This document shows positions 26,725 to 48,141 of a stretch of DNA of 64,000 bases, piece by piece. The notes beneath the pieces are model-generated. The model was not told the origin of the DNA. It saw only the letters and a program-made list of their open reading frames with translations, and ran no database searches. Numbering within the stretch: the stretch's first letter is position 1; the number at the start of each line of letters is the position of its first letter. This DNA is from Paraspadella gotoi (lineage: Eukaryota; Animalia; Chaetognatha). The translations under genes and the position numbers were made by a program. Where the stretch lies: the NCBI GenBank assembly GCA_051294375.1, contig CM119271.1, positions 6,697,632 through 6,761,631 of the forward strand. The letters run 5' to 3'.

Positions 26725-28963
26725 TCAACTATCTCCAGAATTCTCGCCCGAACCGTTCTTAAATCCCCTGAGTGCATTCCATTTTCCCAAGATGGTCGCC
26801 GAAATGATGTCAGTCTCTCGCAGCAAATTCACGGCTTCCTGAAGTTTAATATCTGCCTCGTCCATCTCTTCCGATTGTTTTGTTTCGATCTCGATGTTTT
26901 CATCCTTCAAACAGACTTTCTGAAGGGTTTGCGACAATCCCTCCGGACATTCAGACCCATCCGCTTCCTTCAATTTCTCCGAAGAATAAGAAGCGACGTT
27001 TTCTTTGTCGGCGCTCCGGGATCGGCCCTCTGAGGGGAAAACGGCTGAGCCTCCCTGTCCGCGACGAGGAACTATGACGCCTCCGGTTCTCATATAAATT
27101 CTTACAGCTTCGAGAGCCACGATCTGGTCTTCCTCGGAGATGATATACTCCTCAAGCACGTTGTGCCAGAAAACATGATGGGCCGGGTGGATGCGCGGCG
27201 ATAAAAGTCGCGGTCGCGCCTGCACGCGATAGACGGCGACGATAAGATTGTGGACGAGCTCCTCGTGAGTAGACGGCTTTTCGGAGCAACCCTTAGGCAC
27301 AATGATTGAGTTGGTCTGCCTAAGGGCCTGCAAAAACTGCTCCGGAAGTAAGAGGGTTTTTAACTCGCGATGCATCCACCACTGGGTACCCATGGCCTGC
27401 TTATCCTCAAGGTTCATCCAGTGAAGAAAAATTATGTTTAGGTAATTGTAGCGCAGGTAACCGCTTCCCTCGCTGCGCCAATCCCTGGACTCTTCGCCCA
27501 TGAGATAGGCCTTTTTGGCGTCGACGATCGCTTCTTTCCCGTACCCCATCAACCCCTTGACGTAGCCCTGCTTGGAAAGATTGATTTTGACTCGATTCTG
27601 ATCGCGCTTGTCGCAGTTTTGAAGGATTCGGTACTCCTTCATAAAGAATTGCATGGCGCGCCGGTAGTCGTCCTCTTTCGTAGCTCCGGCAGCTCGGCAC
27701 GAAAGGCGCTTCATATAATAATCGCCATAAAATGAAGCAAACGTGGCGGTGATTTTATGATCACCATAACGCTTCTCCGCCTCTTTTAGCACCATGTCGT
27801 GGCCAACATCGCTCTCCTGCACTTGTCCGCCCATCATCTGGAGGTGCGCCTCTTTACTCACCGCGTGAATGTGCTGGATGATGACGTGACACGCGTCTTC
27901 CTTTCCCTCGTACCGATCTCGTGCTTGCTGCCAGTAATCTATAGATCTGGCGCAAAGGTAGCGCAGCTCGGTCTTCCACTCCGCATCACGACGAGTTCCG
28001 TCAATTAGTGGAGCTTTCTCGCGAATCTCCAGGGCCGCGTCATAATACAGACCCATGATGCAGGGGTGGTCCTGCAGTTTGAAGGAGAATTCACCAAATT
28101 ACATTAGCATGCCATGAATGTAAAGGAGAAAAATCGAAAAAAAAGCAAACCAGAACCTCCATGTCGTAGATCTGCTTGGCCCGGACCAAATCTATCTCCA
28201 TATTCTGGATTAGTTCTTTTCGCTCCACTGAGTCGCCCTTTTTTTTCGTGGCCCTGACAACGCAGTGGACCTTTTCTATTCTGATTATGAGCCCAAGAAG
28301 CAGAGGATGATCGCTCCAGTCGGCTTTGTCTAAGACCGCGTCTCGGAATGCCGCGTAGAATTCTCGATCCACTTCTTCCATTCGATCTCTCAAATACCAA
28401 AAGGCGCCGACAACGCTCGCCTCTTCAACGCGCCCGAAAAAGCTCTTGTGGAAGATCTGGCTCCAGAACGACTCAACATATTCGTGGTCACGCTCGTCCT
28501 CAAGCAGGACCTGGCGAAGGGCGTGAAAAATAAGGCGAGAAAGTGCAGCAAACTCAACGCAGCTGGAAGGATAAAGTTCCTTGGAGCTAAAATCGACGGT
28601 GATTTGGCGTAGCTTCTCGATCGTAGTCTCCAAGTGGCGACGGAGCAAATCTTGAATAAGCGAGCGCGTCTCTGTTAACCTGTGCCACGGAACTTCGATC
28701 TGGTATCTCGAGGCGGCGCCGTCCGCTTCGACGCCGTCTATTTCTGAGGCGGGAACGACGACGGGTTCCACGACCCCGAGCTCGACGGCGGCGGCGAGGA
28801 AGTCCTCGGCTGGGGTGTCCACTTTAAAGCCAAGGGACGACTCCACCCACTGAGCCTCGACAAGAGAGAATCCAGATGCAGGCAGAACGCTCCAATGCAA
28901 GAGTCGCTCGAATTCTGTCTCGTTGATTCCGAGCGATTTAAGAAAAACTTCTTTTTGCGTCAT
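26725..28963 (-). CDS. Uncharacterised helical-repeat (TPR-like) protein, ~717 aa, 2 exons
   Basis: Two long ORFs joined in frame by a GT-AG intron at 28072-28156 (..IYDME|DHPCIMGLYYDAALEIREK..). TPR-like segments include DHKITATFASFYG and DYRRAMQFFMKEYRI. The N-terminus resembles a STAND winged-helix. ATG 28963 was chosen because upstream sequence is AT-rich and non-coding-like. Confidence 0.7.
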
Positions 28964-29186
28964 GGTCAATAAAAAAAAAAAGTTTTCAACGTATGAAAGA
29001 TTTGGAGATAACCTGACGTTGAAAAAGCAGATTGGAAAAAAATAAATAACATCCAATTGGTTGAGGACGCGACCCATTAAAAAATAATCATAATACATTA
29101 ATAGTCATTAATAGAAATGCATAATTTCACATAGGTTGTGTTAAAAACTAAAAGGACAACAAGAAAGGTTTGTAAGCTTTAAAGAT

Positions 29187-31750
<2,564 letters not shown>

Positions 31751-32523
31751 ATTGTTGAAACCTAAAAATGACAAGTTACGAGCTTTATTTTTAAAAGAGA
31801 TTTTCTTTAAAAATATTTAAATTGGTTTAATTCTAAAATTAAAAGCTCACATATTTTTAAGGAAATTGATTGAACCACAGAGCAAGATCTTTTAAAACTT
31901 ATTCTTATTACACAAACGTTCAAAATTTGCGGTTGGGGAGATTCTTGATAAGAAATAGACTGACATTTGGTCATGGTCAATAAAAAAAAAAAAAAAATCG
32001 GATTCGATTTTCGCAAGTGCATCGGTTTTCTAAACCCACGTCAGCTCCGGATGACACTCGTTTTTTATCGAAAATTGTACCCCCGCAATTTTTGAGCAAA
32101 TTATATGCAGTGACTCAAGAAGAAAAAAATATGATAGACGTATACTTATTATCAATCAAAAGAACTTATGAGATGAGAAAACGTATTTACCAAAGTAACT
32201 TCATCAATATCACAAATTGTATCAACTCCAACAAAAAGATCACAGCTTTTCAGTTGGCACTTCGTCAACGTAGCGAATAACATTAAAACATACAGCAAAT
32301 ACAGTCGTGACAGAGTTGACACTTGGTCTTAAAAGAAAATCTTAATCCAAATTACTTAATCAGTCAAAGTTATTAATAATAATTAACGATACACGAGACT
32401 CGAGTAACACCGTCCCTAAATGTATTTCTGCTCTTGGCGACGTGTCCTGCGCAAGTTGGTAATGAGAAAAACATGCTACCGAGGAATACGTTGCAGAAAA
32501 AAAAAAACAACTGGGAAATAGGA

Positions 32524-33805
32524 TCAGGTAAACTTGCGGCCCTCGGACGAAGCCTCGTCGGGATCGTCTTCCATGGAGTCGGCGGAAAGTTCGGAAAAAA
32601 CTTGTTCGAAGTCGCACTTCATGAAATCGTAAGTGGCGGCGTCGTCGGCGCTGCAATCCTCGCAGTCGCAGTCTTCATCCGTCAGATCGAGGTCCTGGGA
32701 CACAATACGCAAAATATTTCCCAATGAATCATAAATCGTACCCCAAATATTTACTCCTGCCTCAAAAAAATAAACAAACCTGCTCGTCTTGATCCTCGTC
32801 GTAATGAAGATTAAGACAAGCGTCGCAGTCCTTTTTATCGTCTTCGCAACAGCAGATGGGAATCGAGACGGGATCTTGATTTAACATCGATCATTATTAA
32901 AACTCGAAATCAAATAAATTAATTAAGTTAATCATTTTTTTGAATCAACAGTCGAAACCTGGTATCGGATGCGTTCCAGCGTTGCCCCGCAGATCGGGCG
33001 ACGCGACTGCCTCTTGTCTGTAGTAGTCGGACATTATGAAGGAGGTGGTCAGCGCGGAATTCGAGGGTGCCTTCAACTTGCCCCGTCTGCCACGGAGACT
33101 AGCGAGACCAGAGGGTCCACGACCGCCGCCGCCTCCGCGCTTTGTGCAAAAACGCGGCCGGTTATAGGGCCGGTAGTTCTTTTTGCACTTGCCGCGCGCG
33201 GCGGAATGGTAATGGCCACGTTTTGACTGGTGCGGATGAAAAGGCTTTCCGTGCGAATGATGCGCTTCGTGGTGAGGTTGTTGTCGTTGATTGTAATAGG
33301 GATGCTTGTAGAATGGCCGAGGAGGAAAGACGCCAGGGCCGAAGGCGGGCGGGGGAAAAGCTGGGGGATAAGAGGACGACGGGGGATATGAGGAAGAGAC
33401 CGGAGGCGGCGGAGCCGGAATGTTGGGTCGCGGTTGAACGGAGATTTGATTAGAAAAAGGGTAAATCGTCTTCGGGAGCGGTTGCGACAGTTTGACGCCA
33501 GAAGGAGGAGGTCCGGGCCCCATGATGCCGCCACCTCCCCTGTGGTGGGGATGATGATGTTTGGGCTGGAACGGATGCCGCGGAGGAGGCGGAGGTCCAT
33601 GGTGGCCAACAGCTGAGACACGGTGGTAAGATAACCTTTGCGGTGGAACCAGGGGGCGACGAAACCCGTCGAAGTTGGGTGGCTTGGGGAAGTTGTGACG
33701 TTGGCGATCGCCTCCCATGCCGCCTCGCTTCGCCCTTGGTCCGTCGGAGACTCGTGGCTTCACGAAGACGTATTCGTTATCACCTAATGATTGCTGATTG
33801 GCCAT
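32524..33805 (-). CDS. Pro/His/Arg-rich protein with acidic Cys-rich C-terminus; HEXIM/CCER1-like motifs (3 exons)
   Basis: Exons ~32960-33805, ~32780-32874 and 32524-~32694 join in frame through GT-AG introns. Motifs: YRPYN, APSNSALTTSFIMSDY and FMKCDFEQVF. The gene is well supported; the family assignment is tentative. Confidence 0.6.
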
Positions 33806-34102
33806 ATTGCTTGTAATCGATTTTGTTTTTTGTTTGGTTTTTTGTTTTTCTATTTTTTTGAGTGAAATTTGCTTAGATCATTTTGGCTACACGTAGAATC
33901 AAGTCCCACATAGCTTATTGATCGTCTGAAACAAAAAAAAAATAAGCAACGCTTTAGGTAAATTATTGAAATTTTAAGTAAGTGACAAAAAAGTAAATAT
34001 GTCCGAAAAAACGCGGAATCGAAATAAAATATCAAATAAAAAAACTTTATTTAATTGTGACAAAAGGTCAATTAAAACAAACTTATCACATTGGAAACTT
34101 CA

Positions 34103-36058
<1,956 letters not shown>

Positions 36059-36278
36059 GGCTTTTCCAACGAAATTAAGAGAGACCTTTGCTAAAAATCA
36101 GCAATCGTATCAGAAAATCATTTACAAAGTCGAGCTAAATTAATTGATAAAGGGGAGGGAATGCAACTAACACCCACAATATCTCACAAAAACATTCGCG
36201 CATCCGTAACATGGAACATGACGAAAACAATTTTAGCTAAGTCTAAAGCAATTTCATGCCAGTTAGAAAACAATGATT

Positions 36279-42530
<6,252 letters not shown>

Positions 42531-42875
42531 GATCGCCTCTTTTTTGTTTTGCGACTTCGTAAAAAATATCTTCACCCAAGTTATGAATAATTTGGTGTAA
42601 ATATCACATTACAAAATTTAATTCATTGTAATTAAAAATATAAACCGTGTTTTAATAAAACAACAATTTCTATCACAGATCTTGCATTTAAAAAATGTAT
42701 TAAAAAAGCATTGAGGAATAACAAGTCCGAACAAAATCTGGAAAGTGACTAGACTAGAATAAAAAATCTTAAAAGTATAAGGATCGTTGCAATCGGCATA
42801 AGAAAAATCTGGATTGACGACAAATTTTTATACTAAAAAAATCAAATTTGAGAAAGGAAAATTAATTTATAAACA

Positions 42876-43525
42876 TGAAGAGACAGTGATATTTGTTATG
42901 TGTTAGTGATAGAACCGTTCAATATAAGCAGTCCCTGAGCTTCGGATCAGGCTGTAACACCATGTTACAGGCGGGTTAAGCGCCCCGTCCCTCTTAACTG
43001 CCAGACGACCACCGGGCTAGAACCCCGGACCTTTGGTTGGGAGGCGAATTGACTTGCCTCCGGCACCAATGGCCGCTGATGAACGGTTGGTGGATTTTAG
43101 TCCACCATACATCCCCCTCCCGTAGGGAGAAGTGTGTTGCGTCTCTTCAGTGAATTGTTGTTGTTGGTGGAAAGTTCATACCAAGTTGAGGCATGTCCGC
43201 TGATGTGTTTGTGGCGGAAAGTGCATCGCCAGGTTGAGGCATGTCGCCTGAAAGTGTTGTTGTTGCTGTTGTGTTCGGAAGTCGGGCTCACCAATGAAGA
43301 GACAGTGATATTTGTTATGTGTTAGTGATAGAACCGTTCAATATAAGCAGTCCCTGAGCTTCGGATCAGGCTGTAACACCATGTTACAGGCGGATTAAGC
43401 GCCCCGTCCCTCTAACTGCCAGACGACCACCGGGCTAGAACCCGACCTTTGGGTTGGGAGGCGAATGACTTGCCTCCGGCACCAATGGCCGCTGATGAAC
43501 GGTTGGTGGATTTTAGTCCACCATA
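42876..43525 (-). mobile_element. Non-autonomous LTR retrotransposon in miniature (TRIM) with tRNA-like sequence inside each LTR
   Basis: Near-identical ~230-bp direct repeats (42876-~43111 and 43295-~43525) with TG..CA ends. On the minus strand the 5' LTR is followed by PBS TGGTGAGCCCGAC (43281-43293), and the 3' LTR is preceded by polypurine tract GGGAGGGGGA (43112-43121). The flanks share (TA)AACA. There is no coding capacity. Confidence 0.9.
43005..43076 (-). ncRNA. tRNA-derived (Gly-CCC-like) degenerate sequence within LTR; second copy at ~43423-43492
   Basis: 72 nt with acceptor stem GCGGCCA/TGGTCGT, A-box-like TGGTGCCGGAGG, loop CTCCCAA and B-box-like GGTTCTAGCCC. The anticodon stem pairs poorly, so this is probably not a functional tRNA. 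Confidence 0.65.
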
Positions 43526-44493
43526 AACAGAAAGAAAAATTATATTTTGCGTTGTCAATTAAAAAAAAATAAAGTACCGAGGAAAATTATAGTTACAGTT
43601 TCTGAAAAAAAAATGAAAAAAGTTTTTTTTTTGTCATAGTCAAATAAACTGATCAGAGACGCAGCCCCTGAGAAAAAAAAATTGAAAAAAAAAAAATTAT
43701 AAACAAAGAAAAATTTTATTTTGCGATTGTCAATTAAAAAAAAATAAAGTACCATGGAAAATTAAAGTTACAGTTTCTGAAAAAAAAAGGGAAAAAAAAT
43801 TTCATTGTCAAAAAATAAATTAATCAGCAGACGCAGCCCCTGAGAAAAAAAAAACGAAATAAAAACCCGATGTTGCGATAGGAAAATGATAACATGCACG
43901 AATGCGACGCCTAATTTTACGAGTTCAATCCTAATTCAATTTTTTTTAAATAAAAACGCAGAGAGAGAGAGAGAGAAAAAAAGAAAGAAATCAAAAGGCA
44001 GCAGCAGAAGCAGCAGGAGAAAAGAGAGAGCCTCTGCAGAGCCAGCTGCAGACTCAAAAGGCAGCAGGAGAAAAAAGAGAAAAAGAATAAGCCCCTGCAG
44101 AGCCAGCTGCAGACTCGTTTTTTCCCCCCTATGAATCAGTGACTAGGAAAAGAGAGAGGGAGAGAGACATATAATTAAAAGAGAAAGAGAGAGAGAAAGA
44201 AATTATATAGAAATAAAAAAGAAAATTTGTTTGTTTTGATTAAACGTAAATAAAACATATTTAATAACTGTCCTGACTTAATTTTAAGCACATCAATGAT
44301 GTGAAGCTGGATATAAATTTTCAGCTTCATACACCCAACTTTAATCATAAAAATGGTGATCTATAATTTGGAACGCCAACGACGACGCCACTTATGTGCA
44401 AAACCACAGAAAAATCGCAAAGCGATTGCGACGATAAAAACAAACCCAACTACGTAAATTTCTCTTAATTTTTTGACGTTAAAATGTTTTCAG

Positions 44494-46094
44494 TCAGGAC
44501 TTTTTTCCTTTCTCCTCCTCTTCTTTATTTTTAGCAATCATATAGCAAATTCCTGCAGTAACTGCGGCGGAAACTCCACCAACCGCTACATAACTCAAGG
44601 CGGTGGAGATGCCCGCATCCCCTCCGCCTTGGTCACTTTCCCGATCCCCTGTTTCGGAGCTTCGACCTTCACAATGACAAGCGGGCGAAACGAACTGACC
44701 CACGATAGGATCGTATGGCCTCACGAGTCGTTCACGTTGGACCGGAACTAATTGACGATCCATTAATTCGCAGCCTACTTCAGAATAGGCGGGCAATACT
44801 TGAGGTACAACAGCTTCGCGAGCGACGACCACGTTTTCGCAATTGGCAGGGAGCCCAAGCTTTCCTGAATTTGTTTCAAAAGTCAATAGGTCATCGCAGG
44901 AAATGGATTGTATAATTTTTCTAGTCCGCTAATTCTTCCGTCACCTGAATATTTTTGTCGGAGAAGTTCCTGAAATTTGACTGCGCAGGCGTAAACTTCG
45001 GGCCATTGGGCAATTCCTCCGGCGACGTTGTTATACGGATTGGCGGGATCCACGATCAGAGGTCGTTGCTCCATCACCTCCCATGGAACTTCGGCGGTTT
45101 TATAATTTTTTTCCCAAACATAACTCAATTTTTCCTTATCGATGAGGACTTCGAGAACTTGATTGAACCAAACCAACATATCGTATTTGGTTCCGGCCAA
45201 TTTCTTTTCATAAGTGTAGAGACAAAGCAGTTCGAGCAGATACGACGGGAATCGTACGCGATTGTACCTTGGCTTCACCTCCGTCTTAAACCAAAATTTA
45301 ACCAGGAGCATCAATTTTTTAAGGTTGTTATTGTTGGTGATATTTAACTTATCGCCAAGAAAATCCTTCTGCAACTCGGCCAAACTAGCTGAGAAATGAT
45401 CGGCAAACCTCATGCTGTGCTCCTGTTTGTGGAAATAGCTGAACACCGGGGCACCATCCCTTCTTTCGGGCGCCACACCGCAGTAGGCGTAGAGGTCAAA
45501 GGCGGGAATAATGTCGACGTCAATCACGTCTTCCGCTTTCTCGGAATCCTCGTCCGGAACCCCATACTCCATCTTAACCCCTCGCGAATGGCTGCAAGGG
45601 ACGAGCTTAAGATTGAGCAAATATTCGTTGTGATAATTGTAGAGCGGAATGAAGGTTTTGTCTCTCAGCTGAGCCAGCGGCACGGCATTTGTCTTTCTCG
45701 TCCAGTAATCACCTACTTTATTCCAGCAATAATAGAAACCGAACTTGTCCATCACGCAACGAATAATCTGCTCGCGCTTTTCCAAGAAATCTTGCGGATT
45801 TGACAGTCGGCCACCTTGCTTTTCTACGAAGCAAACTAGATCGACGTCGACGTGGCCTCTGACCGCGGTTCCTTTTGTCAGTGACCCGCTCTTGAAAATG
45901 CGTTTAAACGACCAAGGAAATTCACGCCCTTCATCGCCGCACATGTCCCGGTGCGATTGCAAAAATCGGGAAGTCTCGTCGACGGCTTTGTTCAAAAATG
46001 TTACGGTATCCCTACTCAGTTGAACATTATCGGAAACGAACTTGGTCAACTCTTTTGCGTTCGGAATGGAATCGAAAAACGAAGAAATCTCCAT
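44494..46094 (-). CDS. 2'-5'-oligoadenylate synthetase-like nucleotidyltransferase; predicted spliced form 506 aa with C-terminal TM segment (unspliced form 403 aa, stop at 44883)
   Basis: Pol-beta NTase motif GSLTKGTAVRGHVDVDLV and third Asp in VDIIPAFD. OAS1_C motifs FSASLAELQKDF, LKKLMLLVKFW, PSYLLELL and RPLIVDPANPYNNVA. Candidate intron 44865-44944 joins it in frame to ORF 44494-44864. Confidence 0.9.
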
Positions 46095-46534
46095 TCCCCG
46101 TCCAATTTTTACTCCGAGCTACAAATCAAAATAAGTGAGCGCAAAATGCACGTTATAAAAAGGGCAAACTCAAAATAACAAGAAAATTAAGAAAACCATG
46201 CCATTTATATGAAATAAATATTAATATTAAATGATACAATCGAAGATGACAAAAAATAAACAAATCACTATCTAATGAAATTACGCACAACATTGGAGAT
46301 GGTGAAAGATTATGAAGAACATTAAATGTTTCAAAATTATTTTCTGAAAACAATGATCGTGAAAAATACGTAGTACTTCCAACAAAGTTACAAACTTCGG
46401 GAAGGTTAAACTTAGTTTGTGAAGCTGGAGATTTTGTTTTTAGAATGAGACTGAATTAAAATTGATTTTTGTTAATTACAAATACAACGTCCATGCAAAG
46501 ATTAATTCTAACGACTTTAAATTCATCCAGTGTG

Positions 46535-47625
<1,091 letters not shown>

Positions 47626-48141
47626 TTTTTTCCCAGAAATTTCCGATTTTGGTCAATACTTAAATTTTTTTCCTGAAAATATATAAATTTAAAAATAATC
47701 CTTAACACTAAAATGTTCAAACCATTTACCTCTAAATCTAAGGGGGGGGGTCTCTTTCATTAAATAAGCAATTACTCGTGACCCTTTACCCGAAGTGGCA
47801 AAGTAAAAGGGTTTGCAATTTTTTTTACGACTAATTAGGACAACTACTTTCGATGAAAACCAACCTCTACACATACCAATAAAATTAAAATAAACATCGA
47901 CTGGAGTAAACGAGCAACAATAATAGGCAAAAACATCAAGAATGATTATTTAACTTGATTTAGCATAGCAACGTCATTATGACTAGTAGGGAAGAATGAA
48001 ACTGGGAGAATCAATATCGATGACCTAATGAGAGAAGGTGACTCAATAGCGGTTAGCCGCCGATTAGAAATTAGTACCGCCAATTTAAAAAAATAAAAAT
48101 AAATAAAAATAAACAAATCCGAAGTTGGTTCGTTCTCCACA

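Larger units (their letters stand above)
42763..44436. mobile_element. Dispersed non-autonomous repeat, copy A (host of the TRIM)
   Basis: Colinear similarity to 61799-62975. Short subterminal inverted repeats ATCGTTGCAATCG (42783-42795) and CGATTGCGACGAT (44423-44435), a 3' hairpin, an internal ~175-bp duplication (~43530-43855) and GA-rich tracts. Confidence 0.75.

Noticed and set aside
43005-43492. Two genuine tRNA-Gly genes
   Set aside because: The anticodon and D stems pair poorly, the T-loop is non-canonical (TTCTAGC), and both lie inside LTRs.
44494-44886. Separate 130-aa gene, -1 frameshift, or UGA-C readthrough after the OAS stop
   Set aside because: The ORF starts at TTG, and a canonical 80-nt GT-AG intron explains the in-frame fusion more simply. 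No slippery heptamer is evident, and readthrough would add only ~35 featureless residues.
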